A stretch of 64,000 nucleotides of DNA from Dictyostelium discoideum (GCA_000004695.1 CM000153.2:320001-384000); one strand, 5' to 3'; positions 49,313-63,094 are shown, counted from the first letter of the stretch. Made by a program: numbers and translations. The notes: generated by a model from the letters alone, not told the origin.

Positions 49313-50290
49313 TTATTTGTTTTGATATGATATTATTATTATAAAAAAAAAAAATTATTAAAAAAGGTTTTATTTTAGAACCAATTCACATTTTTGTCAT
49401 TAAAAAAAAAATTTTCAAAAAAAAAAAAATATTAATTAAAAAAAAAGATATCAAGAATATCGGGTGTGGAATAAAGAATTATTTTTTTTTTTTCGAATTT
49501 ATTTATTTTATTTTTTTTATTTTATTTTTTTTTTTTTTATTTTTTTATTTTTTATTTTTTTTTTTTTTATTTTTTTTTTTTATTTTTTTTTTTTTTTTTA
49601 ACACAAATCAGATCAGTGGTTTAGTTTGGAAAATGATCATTTAAGAGCTATAGGACTTAATAAACAGTAATTTATAATCATACTTGATATTCTCATGGTC
49701 ATAATGCTGGTTACACCCCTTACATCAAGAAAACTGAAAAAGAATTATCAACTATTCAAGGTTTTACAATTTCAAGAAATCTCGGCTGATTAGTATTTTA
49801 ATTTATTCACACCTCAACATCAACAACATATTGAACTCACCAAAAACAATTTACATACACACAACCAACAACACCTACTGCACCTTCACTATGAATTAAT
49901 CGACATCAACAACAACACCAACAGTAACAACTACAACACAGCAACGGATTGTTTCACTCCACAAAATTAAAGATAGCTTATGGATTAAATATAAATTCAA
50001 ACTTCAGATGATTTAACACCAATTGGAAAGAATAGTAATGTTAGTAGCAGTAGTATTAATAGTTGTTGTACAAATAGTATTAGTAGTAGTAGTACAAACA
50101 TTAGTTCAATATCAAGTTCAAATTCATTAATAATTATAATATTAATAAAAGAAATAGGTCATCAGTAAATGTTTCAAATAACGAAATTAAGATACAATAA
50201 TAATAAAATAAATTAAAATATAAATATAAATAAAAATTAGAATTTATTAATGTAAAGTTATTTATTTATTTATGGTTTTTTTTTTTTGTT

Positions 50291-52917
50291 TTAAATATTT
50301 GAAATGAATAATGAAATTATTATAATGATTAAAATTGATAATAATAGATTTTGAAAGATATTTCTAGCATCAGAGTATTGATGAACATCATCAGATTGAG
50401 TTAAATATTTGAATACTTTTGATATACCACTTTTACCATTGGTTGAAACATTGATAAATATCATTTCACCATTTTTAATATTATTAAATGTATAATTAGT
50501 TGCTTGAATAAAACATGTTATCATTGTATCATTAATATACTTTGCTTCATTACAATTTAAACTACTATTACCACTACCATTACCATTACCAATTATTGTA
50601 ACTTTATCAATTGGATAATAGAAATCATTTCCAATAATTGTTAAAATACCTCCTTGTTTTAAATTAATTATACTAGTTTGATTAATTGATGGTGATTTAT
50701 ATATAAAACTAAATGTTGATACTATATTATTATCATTATTAAATAATAATTTACAAGTTTTACCATTTGGACCATTTAATTTAATGTAGCATTCTAATGA
50801 TGTACTGCTATTATTTAATTTACATTCTTTTTCTATAATTTGTTCACCATTACATTCAATTGTAAAATTTGTATTATTATTTAAATATTTACCAATAATA
50901 ATGATATTACCACCATTTGTATCAAACAAGTTAGGAATCGATACATTTTTAAAAATTGGAAATGTATTAATATTTACTTTATTTGATAATAAACCACATA
51001 CATTTAAATACAATTCACCAAGAATATTATACTCATCATTCATTTGAAATGATATTGATTCATAAATACTATTATTAATTTCTTTACTAAGGGCTATTGA
51101 TTGACCTGAAATAAAAATACTTGTTTCATTATATTTATTTACAAAACCTTTACCAATACAAGTAACAATTTCATTTGAATTTAAATTACATTTATTAATC
51201 AATGGTGATTCATATGAAAATGATGATTGATATATTTGATTACCAATTTCAATTTCATAATTTATAATACCACAATTATTTTCAATTAAAAATGAACATG
51301 ATACAACACTTTCATTTACATTGGTTGAAATTGATTTACTTGTTTGATTTGATTTTTCATTAATTATTTTAATTGTTGGTATTAAATTAATATTACTTGA
51401 ATTTACATAAAATAATGTAAAATTAATTAATTTATTACTAACCAATGGAATTTCATTTATTCTTGCATACATTTCTACATCTACATTGATTCCATTTGAT
51501 TTGATTGAATTTGATTCAATTGAAATGTTGAAATTATAAATTTGATTTTGTATTTTTAATATTAAATCTGTTTCATCATTATTAATTGATTTTATTTGGC
51601 CAAAAACTTGTTTATCATTGATATGAATTTGAGTTGAATTAATATTACCAAAACAACCACCAATTATATGAATTTCATCATTAACTTGAGAGAATGTTGT
51701 AATATACGGAGTATCATAAATTAATAATAATGTATTTGTATTTACGACATCATTAATCGATACAGCAATTGGTGATGAATTATTAAATGTTGAATTTGAT
51801 AATGGTTGTAAATTACATTTAATTTCATTTGAAGATGACGAAACAATTGAACAAATAGAATCACCAACTGTTACTGATATATTATTATTATTTGATGATG
51901 ATGGTGATGAAGTTAATCTATTACCATTAATTATTAATAAACCACCTTTTAATTTTGGAATACTATTTACAATTGATGGAATTGGTGGATATGTAATTTG
52001 AAATTGAGATGACCAATAATCACAACAACCGACTTGAACATTAAATTTTGATGAGAATGGATCTGAATAATTAAATTTTAATTTAATAATTTCAAAATCA
52101 ACTGAAATAATATCATTTGGGTCAATAATGTTATTATCAATTTTAACAGAAACAAAAATTGATTGATTATAGAAATTTGTACCAGTTATATCAAGAAATG
52201 ATTGATTAATATCAATTTTTTCAATGTTTGGCTCTTGATATGTAAAATTCAATGTTTCATGATTCTCCCAAATAATTGTTCTGTATCCACAACCTGGATA
52301 GACTTTTAAAATTAAATTTATTCTATCAGGTGTTTTTGATTGAAACACACCAGGAATTAAATATACATAGCCAGAATAAAAAAACTGATCTTTTCTATAG
52401 GAATTTTCAAATTGAACATATATTCTTTCTTTTAACTCTAAATAATAACCGCTTAATGTTGTATTTCCACCTCTTGTTTTTGGTTTAAACTCTGAAATTA
52501 ATAATGGACTTGGGAAATAAAATAAAGGAAGATCATAACCACACATTTTAAAAGTACCATTATTTTCTGTACATGCAGATATTTCCTCTGAATACATTTG
52601 AGCATGATCAGATTCTTTCACTGGTAAAGTACAAGTTCTAATTGTATTATTTAAAACACAATTAAAACTCATATCATAACGACTTTTACCTTTCCATAAA
52701 AATGAAATATTTGTATAATAATTTTCTATTTCACGATATCTAATCACAAGAGAATCATTGTGACTTTCATAACCTAAAAAAATAATTAATAAATTATTAA
52801 TATATTAAAAAAAGGGACAAGAAAAAAAAAAAAACAATTTACCCAAAGGAATTACTTCGTCATAAGAAATGGAAAATGAAAATAAATAAAAAAGTATAAA
52901 AAATAATAATATTTTCA
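50291..52917 (-). CDS. Large transmembrane protein with IPT/TIG repeats of the Tgr type, about 850 aa. Two exons at approx 52842-52917 and 50291-52773.
   Basis: Exon 1 gives MKILLFFILFYLFSFSISYDEVIPLG with a gtaaat donor. Exon 2 is ORF 50291..52747 extended to an ag| acceptor at about 52774. Repeated IPT-like starts include PSIVNSIPKLKGGLLIINGNRLTS and SPSINQTSIINLKQGGILTIIGNDF. It is rich in N-glycosylation sequons and ends with a C-terminal transmembrane segment LLLSILIIIIISLFISNI. Confidence 0.7.
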
Positions 52918-53599
52918 TTTAAAAATATTGATTTCTAATTTAATGAATTATAATATTGTGGAGAATAATAATAGTAATAATAATAATAATAAAAATAATA
53001 ATATTAATAATTATTTAAAAATTAAATAACAATAATAATAAAAAAAAAAAAAAAAAAAAAAAAAAATAATATTAAATGTTATATTTTTTTCAATCAAAAT
53101 TAAAAAAAGAAAAGGGTGTGGGGTGGGGTAAATCAATTTCAAACCCCTCAATGAGTCCAAAATAGGTACCCCTTTCTAAAAATAAAAAAATTCAAAAACT
53201 GTAAAATATAAAAATGGGTTTAAAAAAAATAATAATAACATTATTAAAAAAAAAAAAACAACCCAAATAAAATGATGTTAAAAATAAAAAAAAAATTTGT
53301 GGTTAAATCACAATGGAAAAGAATTTTTTTTTTTAATTTTTTTTTAATATAAATTTATCATAAAACCATTAATTTTTATAATACAAAAAAAAAAAAAATA
53401 TAATTAATTAAATAAATTAATATTAAAAGTAAAATATAAATTTAATTTTAATTGTTTTCACAGATATAATAGATAAAGAATATTTTACACTTTTTTATAA
53501 AGTAAAATGAACCTTACATTTCCAAATATATATTCAAAGATATAGATGTAAATGTTTTTGAATACAATTATAATTGTAACGTGGATGGTGATTAAAGGG

Positions 53600-55260
53600 G
53601 GTGTAATTTAACTACTGATTACTATTTTAAATATAATGCTTTTGTAAGCAGCAGATGGTCTACCGTTCCCATGGACTTTTTCAAAAATCTTACCAATTTT
53701 GAACCAGAATTAAAACCAGAAACTAAAAGAGGTAATTTTCAATTCAATATTACATATTTTTTATTATCAAAAAATAAGAACCCTATTTTCCAAAATGATT
53801 ATGATAAAATTGATATTTTGATAACTCCAAATGGAAAAAACGGTTCTGAATATTTAATGATTTTTCCAAGTGGTTGTGGATTTTTAAAATATTTGGTCTT
53901 TCGTTTGTTTATAATTCATCATACCAAAATCCATATATAGAAAAAGTAGAAAAAAATAAAAAAACTGTGACACTAATTGGCTCTAATTTCTGTACTGAAA
54001 TGTATCCAAAAGAAATTTTAATCAACAATCAAAAAATTAAAAATGAACAAATTATTAAAAATGATCATGAATATATTGAATTTATTTTTGAATATTCAGA
54101 ATTCTTTTGTACTTCATTTACAATTCAATTTATTGCAAGTAAAGTACCTTCAAATAAAATGGATTTAGTATATCCTCCAGTATTAAATTCAATTAATAGT
54201 ATTCCAAGAAACAAAAATGTTACAATTATTATCAATGGAGAAAGATTAACATCAAATTCTTCAATTATTATAGCAGAGGTTAAAATAGGAGATTACCCAT
54301 GTTCAATTATTACACTTTCACCAAATAATATTACTTGTTATTTGGCTCATAGAATTTTAGATAACAACTTACCAGTTACCGTAAACATAGATGGTATTAC
54401 CAACCAAAACAAAATATATTTCAACTATGACTAAACGCTTATTTCATCTTATGGTATTTCCAATGGTGTCTTGACAATATATGGCCAACGTCTTGGTGAA
54501 GTAGGATCAGAAACTATATTTAATGATAAAATCCCAATTTGTTTACAAAACCTTAAAATTAATGATAATGAAACTGTTATGTCATTCACCATTCCCGAAG
54601 CAATGTCCTCTATTAATATTTCGGTGAAATCTTATGAAAAACAATCAAACAGTAATTTTATTGGCTTATCATTCATAACTAAGTTTGATACTCAACCAAT
54701 GGTAAATGGATCAAATTGCATTGTTAAATTATTTAATTCCAGTTATGATGAAAATAAAGAAAATCCATTACTTTCAATCTATTCATATTTTGGTGATGAA
54801 TTTAAATCAAGGGAACACTCATTGGTAAAAATTCAAATGATTTAGATTATTCGTTTTTCGTTGTACCAGGTTGTGGTAGAAAAGGTTAGAATATAAATTT
54901 TGATAATAAATAATACCAGTCAACATTTAAATATAAAAAACCAATTATAGAATCATTTTACACAAAGGATGAATTCATAATCTGTACTGGTGAATTTAAC
55001 AATTATGGCTTTTATAATAATACACTTATTACATTTTCAAACCAATCAGTTTCTCCAATAAAAATAAGTTCCAATGAAATTACAACCAAAGAGGAACAAT
55101 ATTTTACAAGTGACCTAATTACAATCGGTTGTTGTGGTATTATTTCTGATCCATATGAATTAACCATTAAACCTACCATTAAGGGTGCAATTTCAATAAC
55201 ATTTGATAATAAGGGTATAGTGTTTATAGATGGAGAAAATTTTCATTCAAAACAAAATTG
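53600..55260 (+). pseudogene. Fragmented paralogue of the Tgr-like gene, divergently oriented to it.
   Basis: ORFs 53671..53940, 53874..54434 and 54471..54845, plus the frame through 54900-55260, align to consecutive parts of the 50291..52917 protein (FKPKTRGGN..., YQEPNIEK..., PPIPSIVNSIPKLKGG... against PPVLNSINSIPRNKNVTIIINGERLTS). They are in shifting frames with stops. Confidence 0.6.
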
Positions 55261-55470
55261 AAATAATAAAAAAAATAATAATTAAAAAATTATAATTAAA
55301 AAAAGAAAATTAATATTATATATATTTAAAAAGTATAAACAAAAAAAAAAAAATGTACAAGTAAAAAAAAAAAAGAGAGAAGAGAAAACAGGTCATTTAT
55401 ATTTTGAGCACACTACAATTACTATTGAAAATTACCCCTACTATCTTAGATCTCCTCTATGCAAACACCA

Positions 55471-55502
<32 letters not shown>

Positions 55503-55505
<3 letters not shown>

Positions 55506-55760
55506 CCCTTTTATATTCAAAAAAAAAAAATATTTAAATTTATAGTGTGATTTTCACCACCATCAATTAAAAAGGATATTAGTGGTTTATGTATTTATTT
55601 AAATAAAAATTAAAAAAAATAATTAAAAAAATTATAAAAAAAAAAAAGACCCTTTTATATTCAAAAAAATTTTATATATTTGTATGGTATAGTGATTTTC
55701 ACCACCATCATCAAAAAGGATAAATTATTGGTTGTGTTAAAAAGTATGTAAAAAATAAAA
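55503..55760. repeat. Tandem duplication of about 150 bp (gacccttttatattcaaaaaaa...gtgattttcaccaccatca...aaaaggata...).
   Basis: Direct reading. The two units are about 80% identical. Confidence 0.7.
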
Positions 55761-56150
55761 TATGAATAAAAATTATAAAAATAAATAAATTATAAATTAT
55801 TCAAAAATTAAAAATATGGATTTCCTTTTTTAAATTTAAAAATAAAAAAAATAAAAAAAATATTAACTTCGTGTTTAACATTGTAGTTAAAATAATAATT
55901 TTATGGTGGCTTTTAACATGATATCGCAATTTCAAGGCATTTGGATTTGTTGTCTAAAATCCAACCTAATGATTGCTAATCAATAACATCCAAACTGTTT
56001 AATTTAAAATTTATACTAATGGGGTTTCGTGTGAAAATAAATAAAAAAAATAAAAAAATGAATAAATAAAAAGCACACTATTTTTTTTTTTAATATTTTT
56101 AAAATAAATTCACAGCTGCTATAAAACCCCATTTGTATAAAATTTATTAA

Positions 56151-56187
<37 letters not shown>

Positions 56188-56418
56188 TCGATAAATAACC
56201 TCTCGAGAAATTTTAAAAAACTTACAAAAATAAAAAAAATAAAAAAATAATAATATTAAATTTTACCGTTGTAATTGAAAAAAACAATAATTAATAATTA
56301 TTATGTTTATTTTTAATTTTGTGCTTATTTTTATTCATTTTTTTTTTTTATTATTTTTTTTATTATTTATTTGATTTATTTTTTTACCAATAAAAAAACA
56401 ATCACTAAAATAATAAAA

Positions 56419-57762
56419 ATGACAAAAAAACTAAATATTCTTATTTTTAATGAAATTTTAAATTATTTAATATTCAATAATAAATCATTTCAAAAAATTA
56501 TTGAATACAGTTTATTATCAAAATCTATTTTTAAAAAAATTCAAAATTTATTAGTTTCATATGAATATAATAAATTTGAATTTATTTTAACAACTGACGA
56601 ATTAGTTGAATATTTAAAATTTAATAATAATAATAATAATAATAATAATTATAATAAAAAAATAATTCAATATAAAGATATTGAATTTATTAGATTTTCA
56701 AATCTTGGTTATCAAGGTATAAGTATTTATTATACATTGAATCAATTTTGTAAGAATTTAAAAAAGATTTTTATTCTTGATGAAATTAAAGCACAATTTG
56801 ATATTTCATATGACTATACACAAAATAATAAAATTAAATTTAAAAAATTATCAATGTCATGGAGAATTGGTGCACCACCAGTTTCAATTAAAGAAATTTA
56901 TAGAGAAACATTCATTGAATCAAATTATACTTTATCAAAATGTCATTTCACTTTTGATTTCATTAGAAAATATAATCCAACAAAAATTAAAATTTCAACA
57001 ACTTATATGTATTTTATAAATTTAAAATATTTAAATAATTTATTTATTTCAAATAATAATAAGAGTAATAATAAAATTAAATCAATTAAATTTAAAAATC
57101 ACAAAACTCCAATTAATTTTTTAAATTTTTTATTTAATAAAGAAGGAAATGAAATAAAATCATTAACAGTCGAATTTGATCCAAATAAAATCAATTTTGA
57201 AGAAAAGTTTTATGATTTTTTAATAGGAAATAATAATTTTAAAAATAATAAAATTGCTTTAAAAAAATTAATTATAAATGAATATAATTCATGTTGTTCA
57301 ACAAATGAAATCAATTGGAGTAATAATCCAACTTATTTTATTGAAAATATTTTAAAATTAAATAAATCAATTAATTCAATTGGTTTTAATATTTTTCAAA
57401 TTAAAGATTATGAAACTTTATCACCATTAAAGCAAATTTCAAATATTAAAAAAATATATTCAAATGAAAATTCATTTCAAGTAATTTATGAACATTGTTT
57501 AGAAAATTCAAATATTAAAGAATTAATAGTTGAATTAACTTCAATTAATCCAATTAATTTTAAGAATAAAATTTTATTACCATTAAAAACTATAACTTTA
57601 TTCAAAACAAAATTAAAACAATTATCACTCTATTCGGTAACTTTTAAATTTCAAAATTATAATGATTATTTAAAAGATTCATTCAATCAAGAATTAGAAT
57701 TATTATTTAAAGAAATTTTAATTTTAAAATCAATTTATTTTAAAATAAAAATTAAAAAATAA
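56419..57762 (+). CDS. Hypothetical AT-rich protein of about 447 aa, possibly with an F-box-like N-terminus (LNILIFNEILNYLIFNN).
   Basis: ORF 56371..57762. I prefer the start at MTKK, at about 56419. It has no internal stops over 1.3 kb despite being roughly 80% AT. I do not recognise any confident domain. Confidence 0.45.
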   Translation: MTKKLNILIFNEILNYLIFNNKSFQKIIEYSLLSKSIFKKIQNLLVSYEYNKFEFILTTDELVEYLKFNNNNNNNNNYNKKIIQYKDIEFIRFSNLGYQGISIYYTLNQFCKNLKKIFILDEIKAQFDISYDYTQNNKIKFKKLSMSWRIGAPPVSIKEIYRETFIESNYTLSKCHFTFDFIRKYNPTKIKISTTYMYFINLKYLNNLFISNNNKSNNKIKSIKFKNHKTPINFLNFLFNKEGNEIKSLTVEFDPNKINFEEKFYDFLIGNNNFKNNKIALKKLIINEYNSCCSTNEINWSNNPTYFIENILKLNKSINSIGFNIFQIKDYETLSPLKQISNIKKIYSNENSFQVIYEHCLENSNIKELIVELTSINPINFKNKILLPLKTITLFKTKLKQLSLYSVTFKFQNYNDYLKDSFNQELELLFKEILILKSIYFKIKIKK

Positions 57763-57936
57763 TTATTATTATTTTTATTATTATTATTACTAAATTTAGT
57801 TTTAGTTTTATTACTACTTATTTTATTTATTTTTATTTATAAGAATATTTTTTTTTTAATTTTTTTTTTTTTTTATTTTATTTTATTTTTTTATTTATTT
57901 ATTGGTGTTTTAAAAAATTGAATGGTGAATGTATTG

Positions 57937-58476
57937 TTACAAATTTGATAATTTTGGTAAATCAACCCATTGATTTAAAATTAAATCACTCAAAGTTTTA
58001 CCATGACGATCTATTCTTCTACTAACACAAACACCACCATCTAAAGCATTATTTAAAACTATATTTAATGAAGAGATACCAGGAAGACTATAAATTGAAA
58101 TATCGGGCTCGCCTCTTAAAAGATTTCCATAAATCTTTGAAACCCATTCTTTTGTAACTACCTTTTTAATTCGATCGAAATCTTTTATATCATATGGAAT
58201 CAAACTAACATTGGTAGTATCTCCTTTATCTCCACTTCTTGAATGACAAATATTATATAATAAAACTTTACCATTATTATTACTATTATTATTATTATTA
58301 TTATTACTATTACTACTATTATTATTATTGTTTTTATTACACCTATTAAATCTAAAACCTTTACTATACGTTATTATATTTTGATTTTTAATTGTTTTAA
58401 ATTCATTTATAAATATATCTAAATCATTATTATTATTATTGTTTATTATTTTATACCCATTATTTATACTATTTAA

Positions 58477-58533
<57 letters not shown>

Positions 58534-59256
58534 TTGAAATATAAATGTATTCCAATTTATTTTTTCTCTTGGTATTAATTGTTTAACTAATCTAACATCT
58601 TTTTTAATACCAAATGCGAAACCACCACCACCAGCAGGACCACATAAACCTAAACCTTGTAATTCCATACCTAATGCTTCGGCATCCTCTTTATTTTGAA
58701 ATAATCCATCTAATCTTAATCTTACTTCTGGTGGATATTGATTATTAAATTGTTGAAAATTTTTAATATTTATATCGTTATTATTACTATTATTATTATT
58801 ATTATTATTATCATTATTATTATTATTATTATCATTATTACTATTATTATTATTTAATAATTTTTCAATTGAAATTGGTGGATAAGAAAAGTTTGAACCA
58901 TGTGGAAAATATAAACTATTATAACCAAGTAAATAACTAAAAACATCATTCATTATACCTTTTTTCCTAGATTCCATCCAATGATATATTAATTTATTTG
59001 CCCAATAAGCTCTCTCTACACAACCTAATCCACCATAACTAACTTCTGCCCATGCTTTAAATCCTGCATTCCTTGCAACTAATCTTAATAATGTTTTTGG
59101 TCTTTGGGTACCAATTGCTCCTCTTGCAATCACTGAATTCTCTGAAATTGGTATAAATTCAACTTTACTAAAATCTACAATTGCATCTGGCTAAATATAT
59201 ATATATATAATTGGAAATTTTAAAATTAGTATATTATTTATCTGTATATTTATTAA

Positions 59257-59308
<52 letters not shown>

Positions 59309-60372
59309 CAAACAGTTATATATTCTTTTGGATTACCAATTTCATAAGTTAATTGTTGTTTACAAGTTCTTTCAGATAATTCACCACCACTACCTTCAAC
59401 TTTACCCAATATGATACGACCATTACAATCGATATCACAAAATGGTAAAGAAAGGTTTAATAAATCTTCAAATTTCATATCTCTTCCCAATGGATGAGCA
59501 AAATAACCACCTGTTAAATGACATGCACATTCCAATAAATGACCTGCCAATGTTGCTTGTGCTATTAAATTCATATCATTCTTTAAATCCCATCCAAATG
59601 TAAATGCAATTGGTGCTACAAATAATGATGGATCTGCAACTCTACCTGCAATCTAAAATTAAAAATATATAACAAAAAAAAAATAAAAAAAAAAATAAAA
59701 AAATGAATTTATTTTAGTGATCATTATAATTCTTTTTTTTTTTTTTTAATATATATATATATATAATACACTTACAACTAAATCAGGATTTAATTTTAAA
59801 GCATCAATTATAGCATCGGCACCTAAATATGTACAACCAACTTCCCAATTCTCTTCAATTGAATGTTGATCTGAATCTAATCCACCATCAACTGCAAACC
59901 CATTTGTACTTGATAATTTTATATTATATTTTTTATTATTATTATTATTATTATTACTATTATTTTGATTATTATCATTATTATGTATATTTTCACTAAT
60001 TACAACTATTTTAATATGATTTAAACCTAAAGATTTTGCAATTTCAAATGCTTCTTCACCTGCACCTTTTGGATCGGCTGCACCCATATTAGTGATGATT
60101 GTAACATTTCTTTTCTTTGCAGGTGGTAATAATGATGTTAACCACTCTTTTAAACGTGGATCGTAACCTTTACCATTGTTTTTCATTCTTCTTATGCTAT
60201 CTGTCAAGGTTCTCTCTGCTAAACACTCTAATACTAAATAATCTAATTTACCCTTTTCAACTAATTGAACCGCTGGTGGTACCCTATCTCCTTGATATCC
60301 TGCACCACTTCCAATTCTTAAAATATCTTTATTCATTTTAATTGTTGTTGTTGTTGTTTGTTTCATCTTCAT
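57937..60372 (-). CDS. AtuA-like protein with DUF1446 N-terminal and DUF4387-type C-terminal domains, about 729 aa. Three exons at approx 59776-60372, 59314-59652 and 57937-59190.
   Basis: ILRIGSGAGYQGDRVPPAVQLVEKGKLDYLVLECLAERTL...ITNMGAADPKGAGEE matches the AtuA N-terminal domain. The introns carry a GTAAGT donor, a (TA)n-rich gtttgt donor, and ttttag| and atttag| acceptors. The phases are verified against the track frames. The C-terminal exon contains long poly-Asn inserts. Confidence 0.7.
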
Positions 60373-61029
60373 TTTCTTTTTTTTTATAAAAATAAAAATA
60401 AAAATAAAAATATATTTATATATTTATTTCTTTTTTATTTCTTTTATTTATATGTATATATATATATAAGTCTATTATTTGAATAGATTGTGTTAATTTA
60501 TTTATTTTTTTTTTAATATTTTTTTATTTTTTTTTTAGTGGTTTTGTGTTGTGTGTGTTTGACAAAAGTGGGTGAAATTGTATTGTTTTTAAGTTTAAAT
60601 AGTGTCGCTAAAGGTAGAGGTTTTCAAAAAAAAAGAAAAAAATAAAAAATAAAAAATTAAAAAAAAAAAATTAAAAAAAAAATAAAAAAAAAAAATAAAA
60701 AAAAAAAATTTTAAAATATGTTATATTGTTGGATATTTATTTATTACGATTCACGAACCAATTTGATAAGTATTTTTGAACTTGAAATGAAAAATAATTA
60801 AAGTATTGAATAATAAAAAAAGAAAAAAAATGAAATATAATAAAATAAAATATGATTTTTTAATTTTTTATAATTTATAACAAATAAAAAAATAAAATTT
60901 TAATTAAAAAAAAAAAAATATGATTTTTTAATTTATTATAATTTATAAAATTTTATACCCTCTTTTTAAAATTTTATTATCATATTTAAATAAAAAAAAA
61001 AAAAAAAAAAAAAAACTAATGAATTAATT

Positions 61030-61060
<31 letters not shown>

Positions 61061-61278
61061 AAAAAATATCTATCTAAACGTCATTTTAATTTGGATAAAA
61101 TAATAAAAAAAATAGGGGGAAAGATCGGTAAATGGAAATTTTTTATTTTTTTTTTTTTTTGGTAAATTATTGTTTTTATACATATTAAAAATAAAAATAA
61201 AATAAAAAATAAAAAAATAGAAAAATAAAAACAGTTGGACCAATTTTAATTTTTTATTTGTTTTATTTGATGTTTTCA

Positions 61279-61321
<43 letters not shown>

Positions 61322-61510
61322 ATTACATATAGACAAAGAGGCACTCGAACTTTTTCGTTTGTTAAAAAAAGATTTAAAAATAGATTAAATAAAAGATTAT
61401 CCTTATTTTATTTTTTTTTTTATTTTATTTTTTTTTAAACATTAAAAAAAAAAAAAAAAAATTTTAAAAAAAAAAATAAAAAAAAAATAAAATAAAAATA
61501 AAAAAAAAGA

Positions 61511-61541
<31 letters not shown>

Positions 61542-61818
61542 AAACTCCTCCAATTGTGATCACTCAATTACAAATACACAATAAAAAAAAATATTTATAA
61601 ATAAACTCATCACCCAACAACACTACCTACCCAATTAACCAACTAAATAACTAACCAACCAAACAGCACCAAACAACAACACCCAACCAAACAAACAAAT
61701 AAATAAATAAATAACAACACTCGTAATACCATACACAACACATACCCACACTATATATATATATAAATATTATTTTATATATAAAAAAAAAAACAACAAC
61801 AACAACTATATATAAAGA

Positions 61819-62020
61819 ATGAATACATCAACATTTAATTTGGATCATTGTATTGAAAAACTACAAAAATGTGAGATTTTACCAGAATCAACAATTAAAG
61901 AGATCACCGATAAAATGAAGGAGTTATTAATAAGTGAATCAAATGTTCAAGAAATCAGATCCCCTGTTACCGTTGTAGGTGATGTTCATGGGTAAATTTA
62001 TTATAATTATTATTAAACAC

Positions 62021-62051
<31 letters not shown>

Positions 62052-62260
62052 CACTAACTTTATTAACTGTATTATTATTATTTAATTTTATTATAGTCAA
62101 TTTTATGATGTTTTAGAAATATTCAAAATTGGTGGTCAATGTCCAGATACAAACTACTTATTTTTAGGTGACTATGTTGATAGAGGTTATCACAGTGTAG
62201 AAACTATATCACTCTTAACTTGTTTGAAATTAAGGTAAGGGTTAAAATAATAAAAAAAAA

Positions 62261-62292
<32 letters not shown>

Positions 62293-62642
62293 TTTTTTTT
62301 TTTTTTTTTTTTATTAAAATAATAAAATAAAATAAAAAAGATATCCATCACGTATTACACTTTTAAGAGGTAATCATGAATCTAGACAAATTACACAAGT
62401 TTATGGTTTTTATGGAGAATGTATGAGAAAATATGGTAACCCAACAGTTTGGAAATACTTTACAGAGATGTTTGATTATTTATCAGTTGCAGCAATCATT
62501 GATGAAGCAATCTATTGTGTACATGGTGGTTTATCACCATCTGCTTTATCAATTGATCAAATTAAAGTTTTGGATAGATTCCAAGAAGTACCAAATGAAG
62601 GTGCTTTAAGTGATATCCTTTGGAGTGGTAAGATTTTTTTTT

Positions 62643-62687
<45 letters not shown>

Positions 62688-63085
62688 TATATTAATACTA
62701 ACACTTAAATATATAAATTTATATATTTATTTATATAAATTTAGACCCAGATCCAGATAGAGAAGGATTTGTTGAAAGTCAAAGAGGAGCAGGTTATAGT
62801 TATGGTAAAGATGTTACACTAAGATTCTTACAAAATAATAAAATGCAACATATCATTAGAGCACATCAATTGTGTATGGATGGTTATCAAACATTATTTG
62901 ATAATAAACTTTCAACAGTTTGGTCCGCTCCAAACTATTGTAATAGATGTGGTAATATGGCTTCAATTGTAGAGGTCAATGAAAAATTGGAAAGATATTT
63001 TAACACCTATGCTGCTGCTCCACAAAGTTTATCAAATAAACCAACTTTAGATACAAATAAAGAATTACCTGATTATTTCTTGTAA
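61819..63085 (+). CDS. ppp6c: Ser/Thr protein phosphatase of the PPP family, most like the PP6/Sit4 catalytic subunit, about 313 aa. Four exons at approx 61819-61991, 62097-62234, 62341-62627 and 62745-63085.
   Basis: [64 protein letters not shown] and [11 protein letters not shown], ending ...PDYFL*. The N-terminus [20 protein letters not shown] and the [10 protein letters not shown] segment match PP6 better than PP2A or PP4. The introns have gtaaat, gtaagg and gtaag donors. Confidence 0.85.
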
Positions 63086-63090
63086 TTCTA

Positions 63091-63094
<4 letters not shown>

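Noticed and set aside
52276-52488. Plus-strand ORF inside the Tgr-like gene, and ORF 60117..60341 inside the AtuA-like gene.
   Set aside because: They are antisense to well-supported exons.
55880-56040. A less AT-rich stretch of about 150 bp (tggtggcttttaacatgatatcgcaatttcaaggcatttggatttgttgtctaaaatccaacctaatgattgctaatcaataacatcc) considered as a small RNA gene. A similar island at 55380-55470 was also considered.
   Set aside because: I could identify no box C/D, H/ACA, snRNA or known class-I RNA motif by eye. It is left unassigned rather than called.
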